Positions 23,230 through 35,325 of a stretch of 64,000 nt of DNA are shown here, piece by piece. Each line of letters starts with the position of its first letter. The stretch's first letter is position 1. The notes beneath the pieces were generated by a model. The model saw only the letters and a list, made by a program, of their open reading frames with translations. It was not told the origin of the DNA and did not search any database. The DNA is from Naegleria gruberi. Lineage: Eukaryota. The stretch is from assembly GCA_000004985.1 (NCBI GenBank), contig GG738845.1. One strand, given 5' to 3'. Made by a program: the position numbers and the translations under genes.

Positions 23230-25947
23230 ATGAGTTCAAACGGGACTGATTCATCATCAAATAATTCCCAAACTCCTTCCAAGAGTACCTCCCAGAAGGT
23301 ACTTCCAACTGTACCTTCTCCTTCCTCAGCTGGAAGTAGATCAAGAACAACAATTAGACCTTTACCAAGTAGCAGCGGAATGGGATCAAAAGGTTCTAAA
23401 GGCAGTTTGCCGCTTCTTCCAACACAAGATAATTTAGGAGCAAATACTCATCATCTTGTTAGTGTTAACAAGACACCACTCGATTATGATCAATTTTCCC
23501 AAGTCATGACCACAAGCCCAAGGTTTGTTTTATTATTAACAATGTGATTTAACTTGTTCAGTTTACTCTCTGCTCTTTATACTCAGAGATTGCTTTCAAC
23601 TTCAGAGTTGGACGAAATGGCCTTTGCACTCTATCAATTATCTTCATCTTTATCAACATCTTGCTTCATGAATAAGATTCTAATTGGAATTGAATTTGAA
23701 AGAAGTTCTTCCGATACCGGCAATGGAATGGTAATAATGAGAGGAAATACTGTTGCAACCAAAGTAATGGACAATGTTGTTAAAGCAGAAGCTGTAGATT
23801 ATTTGAAAAATATTCTTATTGAACCAATGAAGAAGATCATTCTCGATGAAGTTTTAGATTTGGAAATTGATCCAACAAAAGTAATTACAAGAATTGAATC
23901 TGAAATTGATCTCTCTTCTAAAGATATTGATCAACAACAGCCTGAAGTTGCAGAAAAAGCTGTTATTCAAAACTTAGAAAATTTATTGACTTATTGCCGA
24001 TACTTTTTGGATAGAATGTTATCACAAGAGGCTCTTGAATCTATGCCTTTCAATATGAGATATATTTGTAAAATTATTAACGAAATGTGTCGCGACAAGT
24101 ACAGAATGGAAAATTCTGAAACTATAATTGCAAGTTTTGTTTTCTTGAGATTATTCAATCCAACTATTGTCTATCCTGAATCGAGAGATATTTTCCCACC
24201 TGAAGTCAAGATTCATTCAAAACAAAGAAGAAATTTGGTTTTAATTTCTAAAGTGATTCAACAAATTGCCAATGGGTTTGAATTTGGAGCCAAAGAATCA
24301 TTTATGATTCCACTCAATCCTCTTATTAATGAATACATACAAAAGGCTAAAAAATTCTTGATCGAATGTTCAAACTTGGATAGTGACAAGATATTGGACG
24401 AATTGGAAAAGAGCGTGCCAGACAAAGTTAAAAACAAAATCATTTCTTCTGATGAAAAATTACTTCAACATGCTATGAACATTCAAATGTTAGTTAAAAC
24501 TCATGAAAAGTCTCTCACAGAAAAAACAAATACTTCTAAAGATTTGATTGGAGTATTAAATAGACTTCCTAAAATTGAAGAAGCTATCAAATCTGAATCA
24601 TCCATCCTCTCAAGAAATGATTCCATTAGTAGTAACACAACTACATCAACAACTAATGAGAAGAAATATCAAGATTCTGAAAAGTATTTGGAAATGCTGG
24701 AAAAAGCTAAACAAGAAGATGTTAGAGATTTAGAGGCTATGAATGTAATTTCATGCAGAACATGTGATACTGAGGGTAGACCTGTTATTATCTTTTCTGA
24801 AGAAAAAATCAAGAAGGAAGATTTGGAAAGAACATTGCTCTATATGATTTTAAAACTTGATAAGTTTGTGGAAAGAGATTATGTAATGATTTGGTGTGTC
24901 AGTAACTCTACCTCTCAATCTCGTCCTGGATTTTCATGGATGTTAAACGTTTACAAAACCATTACTAGAAAATATAAGAAGAATTTAAAGTCGCTTTATA
25001 TTGTTCATCCAACTATGATGATCAAGGTTATCATGAAATGCTTTTCACCATTTGTTAGTGAAAAGTTTTGGAAGAAACTTCATCTTGCTGATACTGTACA
25101 AGATATATTCAAAGATATCCCAGAACATATACTACCACTTCCTCCAACAGTCATTGCTTATGATTTGATGCAAAATAATATCAAAAGCAATCAACCTTCC
25201 CTTTTCTCTACATCTTTGGAAGAGTTAATTAAATCAAGAAAGGATTGTGCAAACTCCTTGGTACCATCACCAATTAAGAAATGTATGGACTTCTTGAAAG
25301 AGCATCATGCCAACACTAAAGGAATTTTCAGAATTAGTGGTAATCAAGCCACTGTCAACCAGCTCAAGATTTTGATTAACCATGGCTCTAATGTTGATTT
25401 GCACCATGTTGATTGCCATGTTTTGGCCAGTCTTATCAAACTTTTCTTCCGTGAACTTCCTGATCCACTTTTTATGTTCTCTATTTATGATGAATTAATT
25501 TCAGCAGTTAAAGGTATGTTTCAAGAATTATTTTATTTACGAATTATCTAAGAAAATGGAAACTCTGTTCCAGATGTAATTGAGACGGTCAAAAAAATTG
25601 TTCCTAAAATGCCACAATGCCATTTTGAGCTTGCTAAAGAGCTTTTTGCATTGCTCAACTACGTACAATCACTTAGTGAAGAAAATATGATGAATGCTCA
25701 TAATTTGGCAATTGTTTTGGGTCCAAATATCATTAGATCAAATAGTCCAAATCCATTATTAGCATTACAGGATAATGGTCCACTCACTTATATAACTGAA
25801 ATAATGATTGGCCACCACGAACAAATTTTCCAATCTGGAAATGCTACAAACGCAACAATTCAACGTGGATCAAGAAGACCTCAAGCTCTTATGGAAGGTG
25901 ATTTGGAAAAGCTCAAATCTCTTAATTTTGATGATAGTGATGAATAG
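23230..25947 (+). CDS. Multidomain GTPase-activating protein: RasGAP domain, CRAL-TRIO (Sec14) domain and RhoGAP domain. Three exons: 23230..23522, 23562..25513 and 25574..25947.
   Basis: The RasGAP arginine-finger region is MVIMRGNTVATKVM and the signature is FVFLRLFNPTIVYPE. The Sec14-like region is RPVIIFSEEKIKKEDLERTLLYMILKLDKF...LYIVHPTMMIKV. The RhoGAP region is GIFRISGNQATVNQLK...LASLIKLFFRELPDPLF...MNAHNLAIVLGPNII. It spans a GTATGT intron. The introns are 39 and 60 nt and the frames were checked. Confidence 0.8.
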
Positions 25948-26064
25948 TCAAAATTTTCAATGAACAAGTAGAAATTCATCAACAAATAAATTATTTTTAA
26001 AAACTTCATGCAATAATTTAAAAATAACCTCGTTGTATGTAGTTTTTAAAAATAATTAGAAAAA

Positions 26065-27586
26065 ATGTCAGAAGAAGAAATTGCTAAAGAAATCAAACAA
26101 ATGACCCTAAACGCTGGCGACAGCTGGGCTGATACTGTAGAAGCTCCTGTAACAACAAGTATGTGATCAAGTCATCAACAAGATTTTCTAAATTATTTTA
26201 TTGTAATTTCGTTCCATGATGGTTTTATTCTTCTTTGTGATGATGATGGTTTTATTAAAACAAACAAACAATATCAACAACAACGGATATGGTGATTGAA
26301 CAATAATAATAGCTTCACTTTTGGATGAAGAATTGGATAAACAACAACATGATCCAACAAATCCTCTCTACAGTCAACAAATTAAATTCGAGAATATGAA
26401 ATTAAAGCCTGAACTTTTGAAAGGAATTTACTCTATGCACTTTAAAGAACCATCTAGTATTCAAGCAAAATCACTTCCTATTATTTTGGAAGAAGATGTT
26501 AACTTGATTGCCCAATCACAAAGTGGTACTGGTAAGACTGCTTGCTTTGGTCTTGCCATGCTTCAGGCTGTTGACGAAAGTGTTAACTCAACCCAAGCAA
26601 TTTGTATTTGTCCTGCTCTTGAATTGGCCACCCAAATTTATTCTGTTGTCAAAGGATTGGGTCAACATACAGGAATTAAAATCTATGCCGCTCTCAAAGG
26701 ACAAGAAATTCCAAGAAATTTGACTGATCATATTGTGATTGGTACACCTGGTACAGTTAATGAAATGATTAGACGTAGATCTATTAATACCAAGACTGTC
26801 AAAATTTTGGCTGTTGATGAAGCAGACCAAATGTTGGAAGAAGGAAATAGTCAATTACGTGATCAAACTATTTTAATCAAGAAGGGTTTGCCTGAAAAAT
26901 GTAGAGTATTACTCTTCTCTGCTACATTTAAGGAAGAAGATGATGACAAGGAAGGTGCTGAAAAAGAAAAGAAAGTATTGGATTTTGCTGAAAAGGTTGT
27001 ACCACAACCTCTGAAGACAATCTTGATACCTAAGGAAAAGCTTACATTGAAGCACATGAAACAATTTGTTGTTAAATGTGTAGATGAAACTCAAAAGATT
27101 CAAGTTATTAAGGATATCTACGAAACACTCAAAGTTGGACAAAGTATTATTTTTGTCAACAGTAAGAATTATGCTGAAAAGTTGGCCAATGTTCTCCAAG
27201 AAAACAAATTTACTGTCAGTGTCACTCATGGTGGTTTAGATCCAGAAGTCAGAAAGAAGGTCATGTCAGAATTTGTTGCTGGTACAGCCAAGGTTTTGAT
27301 TACAACAAACGTTCTTGCTCGTGGTGTAGATATTGCCACAGTTACACACGTAATTAACTTTGATCTTCCAGTTGTCTATGATGAAAAAACACCTGGATCA
27401 GACCGTGAACCAGATTATGCCACTTATTTGCATCGTGTTGGTAGAACTGCTAGGTTTGGTAAGAAGGGTTATGCCATTAATATTTGTAGAGATAGAGAAT
27501 ACCGTATCATTGAAGCTTTCAGAAAGAATTTACAAGCTGAAATCAAAGATGTACCACCAGAAGATCTAGATGAACATATTAAATAA
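26065..27586 (+). CDS. DBP5: DEAD-box RNA helicase Dbp5/DDX19-like (mRNA export). Two exons: 26065..26158 and 26313..27586.
   Basis: NPLYSQQIKFENMKLKPELLKGIYSMHFKEPSSIQAKSLPIIL matches the Dbp5 N-terminal pattern NPLYS..F..L.LKPeLL.G.Y.MgF..PS.IQ. Motif I is AQSQSGTGKT. It also has VDEADQM, SAT and HRVGRTARFG. Exon 1 is MSEEEIAKEIKQMTLNAGDSWADTVEAPVTT. The GTATGT intron is 154 nt. Confidence 0.85.
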
Positions 27587-27851
27587 ATCATTAAGTTAAA
27601 CTATGTACATTTTCCTATTACGAATATCAAAATATTTTTAATGGGTAACAAAAATGAAAACCACAATAATACTCAAAAGCTTTGCCAAATATTTTAGTTT
27701 TGCCCTTGAAAAAACTGAATTTTCCTTATGTAATGATGTATCAACCAATTATTTATTATTTCTGACACTTCTAGTCCGAATAAACCTTGTGGATAGAAAA
27801 TATTCTGATGCTCTGTTTGAAAGCTTTTGTTTGAAGAAATAAAAAAGAAAA

Positions 27852-29063
27852 TTAAGCACGATTTAATAAGTAAATAGACCCTGTTCCACAACCAACAGCA
27901 ATATGATGTTGATTTTTAGAAAAAGCCATACAGTAAACAGCTTTTTCTAATTCTCTTATTGCTCCAATAATTCTACCAGAAGATCTAGTCATTATTAATG
28001 CTTCATTTGTTCCGGATCCTCCTACAGCAAGAATGGATCCTGAGCTATCTCCAAACTGTGCACAGTAAGCGTTAAGTGTTGATGGACCTCCTGAATGAGG
28101 TATTGGAATATTCTTTTAATTGTTACTAAAAACAATTCCATCACTTTTACATACCTCAATTAAATTTCCAGATCCAAAGTCCCATAACTGAAGTTGGTCA
28201 TCAGGTCTCCAAGAACCCGTCAATATGGAATTATTAGAATCAATATCAATGGCATCTCCACAAATGTGAGGTCCAAAAATTCTTCTTGCAGCATAATCCA
28301 TTCTCTTATCCCAAATTTGAACTCTGAAATACTCAACATAAAGTTACTTATTAAATAAGATACATACGTATTATCCCATCCTCCAGTTAGAATTATATTG
28401 TCATCATTTGGGTGGAATTTAAGAGAAAATATTCTGTTGGTATGACCAGCACTTGTTACTCCATTTCCACCTCTCATTTTCATTACACAAACATTGGTTT
28501 CTTCATCATACAATCTAACTGTTGAATCTTTACCTGCTGTTGCAAAATAAGCTCCATCCTTTCTATAGTCCACTACATAAGCTTGGTTTTCCTCCTCTTG
28601 AATTTCATTTAAAAGCTTTCCTGATGTCACATGCCAATGTTGAACAACACCTTTTGATCCAGATACAAGTAATACATTTTGAGCTGAATTTGGGTTAAGG
28701 GATGGTCTAAATTTTAAAGATGTTACTGGGAGAGGTAATTGTTGCTTAGTGGCTGTATTCAATGAGTAAAGTAATTTCCCATCATTTACATTAAACACTC
28801 TAACAATACCATCACTACATCCTGCTGCCAAACTCTTTGAATCAGAGCTAAATCTAATACAAAACACTTCCGAATCAGCAGTAAATAATTTATTCTTTGA
28901 AACGGTGTATGAAGATCCTCCTTGAAACCACAAAACAATTATTAAATAATAAAAATATTTACAAACCTCCTGCTGTATTATCCAAACTATCGGCAACACC
29001 TATTGTCGTTGTTGATGATGAAGATGATGCATTATTAGGTGGTGAAAAGTATCGATGATTCAT
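27852..29063 (-). CDS. WD40-repeat protein with four exons and three short introns.
   Basis: It starts MNHRYFSPPNN...GG|GTTTGT. The WD repeats are DGIVRVFNVNDG, GVVQHWHVTSG, DSTVRLYDEE, GGWDNT|GTATGT..TTTCAG|VQIWDKR and QLQLWDFGSGNLIE|GTATGT...TTAAAAG|NIPIPHSGG...SIYLLNRA*. All junction frames were verified. I could not assign it to a specific WD family. Confidence 0.7.
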
Positions 29064-29179
29064 TTTTAAGGTTTTTTCTTTAAGGATAATCTGTTTTTTG
29101 TATTTTGAATAAACACTCAACAACAATAATACAATGAGAGAACAACCTTATTTTAGCATGTCAACAAGTTTAAAAAAAA

Positions 29180-30484
29180 ATGTTACCCAAAGCGCTCATC
29201 ATTTTATTGCTTGTTCAATTTACTACACTGTCAGGTGTCTTTATTTTTAAAAATTACTTTTCGGAATCCAAGTGTGATGTAACTTTTTTAATTCAAGCAA
29301 ATCCAAGGGCTGATATGGAAAAGAATAGTTTCTTTTTATTAGAAAAAACCATGACAAGTATTGCTAATATGAAACATCGTTTATTTAATCCTTGTATTTC
29401 GATATTCAGTACAAAAGGATCAGCCTATGATGAAGATATCGATGAAATATTGGAAAAGTTTCCATCCTCTATTCGAATCAACGTTATTCACAGAGAGGGT
29501 CATGGAGACCATAATTTTAAAAATAGTGATATGGGAAAGTCTGAGAAACACATTGCCAATGAATTTTTCGATATGATCAAAACCTTTCACGACCGTGTTA
29601 AAATAACCGATGATATTCCAATTATTTTAATGGATGATAATTTTGTATTTTGTGAACACGCATTCATTCATCTCCTCTCAATTTTTAATAGGATTAACTC
29701 ATTGGAGAGTGATGGATTGGATTGGGCAGGGTTTCGTTTCTCACATGGAATTGTTGGTACAATGGTTCAAAGGAGAGATCTTGCAGGTCTCATTCAATAT
29801 ATGCAAAGAGAAGCTGAAGGTACTGGTTCAATTGATGCCCTTTTGGATCGTTTCTTTCAAAAGATTAACCCATTTGGAAAAGTACAATTTCACAAGAGAA
29901 TTTTCTATACCTATAGGTATCAATTATTGAAGTCTTCAGAATCTATGAATACTGCAAACCCTCAATGTTTTGAAAGTTTAACTCATACCTATCATGCTTT
30001 CCAAAATGAAAAATGTTCCAATTCTCTCTTCTTCCCATGTAATTCAACCATTTCCACTAGTCAGACAAATAGAATCAATAGCAATCAGTTAAATAATTTG
30101 AGAATGAAGGAAGAATTTGAGCATGATACTCTTTTAATGCCATCTATTCCACCTTCTGCTGATTATTCTCTTTCAGAATTGAGACGAGTAAGATCCACTC
30201 TAACAGAACCTAGTGAAAGCTGTCAATCAGCATGCAAGAAAATTGGAGCTGATTGTGATGCCAGATTTTTTACATTTATCAATAGGTGTGAAGAAATTAG
30301 ACAATTCTACCCAGATTGTAAATGCACAACAGAATTCTCAACTATGAACGCTCCATTCTTCTTAAAGAGTGAAGGTAAGGAACTTTGTGTTCTAGGTACA
30401 AATCCTTCCAGATTTAAATGTGAAAGTCAGACTACAGCAGGTATTAGAGTTTGTCCTTGTTTTAGGCATACAACCACAAAATAA
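29180..30484 (+). CDS. Secreted or type-II membrane protein with an N-terminal signal-anchor and a Cys-rich C-terminus. Possibly glycosyltransferase-like.
   Basis: It starts MLPKALIILLLVQFTTLSGVFIF, which is hydrophobic. A DD-containing segment (ILMDDNFVFCEH) and a C-terminal cysteine cluster are present. No family was assigned. Confidence 0.4.
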   Translation: MLPKALIILLLVQFTTLSGVFIFKNYFSESKCDVTFLIQANPRADMEKNSFFLLEKTMTSIANMKHRLFNPCISIFSTKGSAYDEDIDEILEKFPSSIRINVIHREGHGDHNFKNSDMGKSEKHIANEFFDMIKTFHDRVKITDDIPIILMDDNFVFCEHAFIHLLSIFNRINSLESDGLDWAGFRFSHGIVGTMVQRRDLAGLIQYMQREAEGTGSIDALLDRFFQKINPFGKVQFHKRIFYTYRYQLLKSSESMNTANPQCFESLTHTYHAFQNEKCSNSLFFPCNSTISTSQTNRINSNQLNNLRMKEEFEHDTLLMPSIPPSADYSLSELRRVRSTLTEPSESCQSACKKIGADCDARFFTFINRCEEIRQFYPDCKCTTEFSTMNAPFFLKSEGKELCVLGTNPSRFKCESQTTAGIRVCPCFRHTTTK

Positions 30485-30530
30485 ACCCATTTCTCATGCA
30501 ATGTTGTGTGGTTAACGAATATTAAAAAAA

Positions 30531-33458
30531 ATGAATGACTACAATAACAGTTCCTCTTCTTGTTATTCTCCAATTCATAATGATGCCCCATTTTCTGATG
30601 AATTATGTGGTAGTGAAAACAGCCTTCATTCCGAACTGGATAATAGGATTAAAATTAATGAAAATATGTTAGCATTGGTGAGGGAGTATTTTACAAATCA
30701 TGATTCAAATGAAGATGATCAACTATCATCATCTTCATATTTTAGTAGGGAGAGTAAGGATGATTTTGGATATGGTGAGGATTCAACACAAGTTGTGGTA
30801 GTTGAGAGTGATGATAAATGTGTGACATTTCATATTTCAATATCACCTACAATGTATGGAATGAGTTTGGTAGTGGAACAATTATGTGGATCAATGAGCA
30901 ATGCTATATCTTTTGAATGGAAATTAGACAAATCGTTTAGATTAGTTTTGGATGGAGAGGACATACTGTTGGTGGAACCATTGGAATTGAATATTAATCA
31001 CAATTCATTTGAAATTGATAGAAATTGTTTGAATAGTATGGAAATAGGTTCAATTGGAATTGTAACCATTCAAGTGGGTAAATTTGAAATTTACATTGGC
31101 TTTGTAATGAATGAAACTCTTTACGATGTACAGTTATCAAAGGCTTGTCCAACAACACAGGAAGATGTCCAATCTTTTATATTTACCAATTCAGATGATT
31201 GTATAGATCCAAGCAATATGAAATTATCATATTGCAAATTTGACAAGGATATTTCACTTTTTGAGATTGTGATAGAGAAGGATGATTTTACGTTGTTTAC
31301 ACCCAGATCGGATACGCCTTCTCTTGTGATTCTCTATGATAACAATACTCACAAAATCCCTCTTTCAAGAGCAATCGATATAGGAAGGAAACTGGTATTA
31401 TATTTCCGTTCTGAAGAGCTTGTATTAGAAAATGAAAAGTTGCTAGTACAATTCAACGATTCAAGGCTGTTGAAAAGTTTTGAAATAGATACAGTTTCAA
31501 ATTTGTCAATTGAAGAACCTCACAATGAGGAATGTGCACATTTAATAGATGGTATGAGTTTTAAACATCTCTTCACTGATCTATCGGAAAGAGTTGAGCA
31601 TAAATTCATAGAAATTGCTAAACAATACAAGTACAATGTAGACAGTTTAGGGTTCAATATATTGCAAATTCTCATTTCATTGGGAAGAAGAGAACATGTA
31701 AAAACACTAATTGAAAAAATGGGATTTGATCCAATAGATATGGACACAATTAAATGGGTAGAGTATTTCAAAAATCCAAATGGTATTTCAGAAGATTTCC
31801 TCCTTAAATGTTTTTCCAATTACATTTATTCAAAAGACAATGGGGATGAAATCTCTCTTTCATTACGAGTTAAATCCATCATGTCTAAACTGGCAATATC
31901 AACATTAAATGAGGAGGCAGCAATTAATATTCAGAATTATGTAATCCCTCACTGTTACCTTTCTCATCACTTTTACATTAGTAAGGAAGAAATGTTATCT
32001 TTTAACTCTAATGCAAAATGCCTTTTATTAATTATAGTAGTTAAGGATCATAGTGGCTATTTTAAACTGGGACTATTATTTGGAAAGTGGACTATTATTT
32101 GGAGTGATAACTCATTGGTTCTAACTTTACCTCAACAAGGAAATGAAAAACTGCTCTACACAATTGAAGAGATAGTTTCTGAGAAGAGATTAGAGAAAAT
32201 CACACGAGCTCTTTGTGAAACTATCTGTAGTTGGAATGGAAGAAAGGTGTACGATTTGAAAAGTTGTAATAGTGGTCATTTCATTCTCTCATTTCTGAAA
32301 AAGTCTCTACTCTGGGACACCATTTCGCTTTTACCAAAGAGATATATCATTTCATTTACAAACAACAAAACCGATACATTGAAGGAGTATGAAAATAGAC
32401 CCATCCCACAAATAGGCCAATTCTCAATAGGAAGGTCTAACCTTTTCTCAAGAAGCGATTGTCAATACATAGATTCGGAAAGATTGAAGGATATTATAGA
32501 AAACGTACAAGAATCGCAATTAATTGAGTGTGATGAGTGTGAATTTCTTTCAGAATTGGATTTCATTAGGGATGACATGTTTTTGATTGGTGAAGGAGGT
32601 TTTGGTAAGGTGTTTAAATGTCAAGAAAAAAAAAGAAAAGAGTGGAAGGCTTTAAAAATAGTTGAAAATGATATTGAATACGAATTAAGTGCTGTAAGTG
32701 TTTAGAAATTGACTTGTTTCAAAATAGGAAAGTGTAAAAAATTCATTAATATTAGACATGAGAATTTGGCACCCGTTGAAGATTATGGAATGTTGGAAAA
32801 TGAGCTTTTCATCCTTATGCCTTTCTATGAAGATGGTGATTTGACCACATTTATTAATGAAAAGGGCCACTCCCTGTCTGATAAGAACATTATTCAAATA
32901 TTCCACCAAATAGCAGAATCATTGGCCCACTTGCACAAACTCAAAATTATCCACAGAGATATCAAATTGAAGAATATTTTTGTTTCGAACTATGAAAAGA
33001 TTAGTGGTGATATTCATGTTGTTTTGGGAGATTTTGGATGTTTTCTTGATTTGGAAAGCCAGAATGATAATCAACACTTGTTAGGGTCTGAGAGTTATAG
33101 ACCTCCTGAAAAAGAGCAGACAACTAAGGCCGATGTTTGGAGTCTTGGTGTTTGTATTCTTCAACTAGTGTTAATTCAACAAAAGAGCTCCCTAAATCTC
33201 ACCAGTGAAATTCTCTTTAACCAAGAGGATAAGCAAAAACTTTTCCAATCAATATCTGTAAGTTTTGTAATTTTGAATCAAATAATTTATTCTTCAAAGG
33301 ATTCTGATTTGAAAGATGTTCTCACCAAATGCTTAGACTCAACATTCTCATCTCGCATTGACAGTTATGAACTCTCTAACACTTTGAGAATTCTCACTAA
33401 AGTTTATTCTCCAGCAAAAGCAGGAACACAGAGTTCGTTATCTAAAAACTATTTTTAA
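30531..33458 (+). CDS. Ser/Thr protein kinase with a roughly 720-aa N-terminal region of unknown function. Two exons: 30531..32693 and 32733..33458.
   Basis: The Gly loop IGEGGFGKVFK and ALKIV lie in exon 1. A 39-nt GTAAGT intron follows. The kinase core is HRDIKLKNIFV, LGDFGCF and SYRPPE. All catalytic residues are present. Confidence 0.75.
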
Positions 33459-33540
33459 ATCCTAGTTCATCTTTTTTTCACTTTAAAAAAATACACAATA
33501 TTACTTTTACATTGTACATTACTTTAAATACTTTTTTAAA

Positions 33541-34549
33541 ATGATCAAGACTGTTGCTGTTTTACATCCGGAATTAGTTGATTCCTTGAAAAAGGTTAGA
33601 GAACAAAGAGCCTTCAATGTAGAAGAATGGATCGATAAAAAGACAGATTTATTTAATGATTATATGAAGAGATGTGGTTTGAAGGGTAAGTTTATTGTCG
33701 GTAATCATGGCTGACTTTGTATTTGATAAATTGTACTACACATGATCGGATTGATAAATAGCTTGTCTCGTATCTGTTTCTGGTGGCGTAGACAGTGCTG
33801 TTACATTTGCTTTGGCAGAAAGAGCAATGAGAAAACCAAATTCACCAATTAAACAACTACTTGGTGTTGCTCAACCTATCAAATCAACAGAAAAGATTTG
33901 GAAGAGAGCTCTTGAGCTTGAACAAGCATACGGATCAACAGAAGGTGTTAGAGTTGTCTCAGTTGATCAAAGTGAAATTCACACACAAATTCAAGAAAGA
34001 ACAGAAGAAGCTCTCGGTATTAAGAGTGGAGATTTTGCAAGTGGACAACTCAAATCATATATGAGAACACCTGTTGGTTTCTTTGCTGCTCAATTATTGA
34101 GTCAAGCTGGTTTTCCATGTGTAGTTTTAGGAACTGGTAATTTCGATGAAGATGGTTACTTGTTCTATTTCTGTAAGGCTGGTGATGGTGTTGCTGATGT
34201 TCAATTAATTGCTGATTTGCACAAATCTGAAGTTTTCCAAGTTGGTCATGCTCTTAAAGTTCCACTTTCAATTCTTGAAGCTCCACCAAGTGCTGATTTA
34301 TGGTCTGGTCAAACTGATGAAAATGAATTGGGTTTTCCATATGACTTTGTTGAACTCATGACTGAATTAATGGTAAAGACTGAAGAAGAACAAAAAGCTA
34401 TCAAACAATCATGGAGTCCAGAAGCACTCAATCAATTCGAAGAATTATCTGCTGAAGCCAAACTTGTACATAAGAGAAATAATCACAAGGCCAAGTATCC
34501 ATTGAATCTTAACCTCATTCACCCAGTGGGTGACAATTTTTCTTTCTAA
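33541..34549 (+). CDS. nadE: NH3-dependent NAD+ synthetase, single-domain bacterial NadE type. Two exons: 33541..33685 and 33762..34549.
   Basis: Exon 1 is MIKTVAVLHPELV...CGLKG. After a 76-nt GTAAGT intron comes ACLVSVSGGVDSAVTFALAERA, which is the PP-loop SGGxDS signature, and then ...GTGNFDEDGY..., KSEVFQVG and ELG. The protein is about 310 aa. Neither this ORF nor the flanking sequence contains a nitrilase/glutamine-amidotransferase domain. Confidence 0.85.
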
Positions 34550-34682
34550 ATAAACTTTAAAGAATAAACTTTTTTTCTAACCTTTACAGTTTGCCTTTAA
34601 AGTACTGTTTACAATTGTAGTAAACTACTAAACTTGTAATTCAAACAAAACTAAACTTCAAAAAAAACAACTACTACACAAC

Positions 34683-35165
34683 ATGAATGCCACACACCAA
34701 CAAACAATTATACCAACCTCAAAAAGTTTAGTTCAAACTATTGGCAACCAACAAGTAAAAAGTCTATACTTGTATAATTATTCAAATACTGTGTTCCAAA
34801 TAAGTACATTCTACAAGGACATAGAGGGACAAGATTATGAGGAACAGGTTGACGAAGAGTTATTTGTCAAACCATTTGATTGGTATTTTATAAAACCAAA
34901 AACTCATCATAATCGAGAAATGCACATTCTTGGTATTCAGTTACAAGATATCACACACAATGTCAATAGTTGTACTTTTTTACTGAGTGAACTAGTGACA
35001 AATTTGAAACATTATTGGAAGGATGAAATGCTCAATCTTCACGACATCAAGTACTCTATTGATTTCAATAATTATAGGCAAGATTTGAATGAGAATGACA
35101 ATATTTTTGTAATTACTAAACATGTTGGTGAGAATATTAATTTATATTATTATAAAAATAAGTAA
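34683..35165 (+). CDS. Hypothetical 160-aa protein.
   Basis: A single ORF with compositional coding character. No motif was recognised. Confidence 0.3.
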   Translation: MNATHQQTIIPTSKSLVQTIGNQQVKSLYLYNYSNTVFQISTFYKDIEGQDYEEQVDEELFVKPFDWYFIKPKTHHNREMHILGIQLQDITHNVNSCTFLLSELVTNLKHYWKDEMLNLHDIKYSIDFNNYRQDLNENDNIFVITKHVGENINLYYYKNK

Positions 35166-35325
35166 ATAAATTAGATTTAATTGGTGTCAAAAATTATCCT
35201 CAACAACAAACCGCATTGTTAAAAGAGAATCATCAAATGATAGAATATATATTCAATTTTTTGATAATCTCTGATAACACAAAATGGATGATAAAATTAG
35301 AATTTTTAAATTTTAAAAATACAAG

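Noticed and set aside
26508-27229. Several ORFs of 60-110 aa overlapping the Dbp5 helicase gene in other frames or on the other strand (26508-26723, 26588-26854, 26863-27057 and 26909-27229).
   Set aside because: They lie entirely inside a strongly supported DEAD-box CDS and have Phe/Leu/Ile-rich AT-biased translations typical of off-frame readings.
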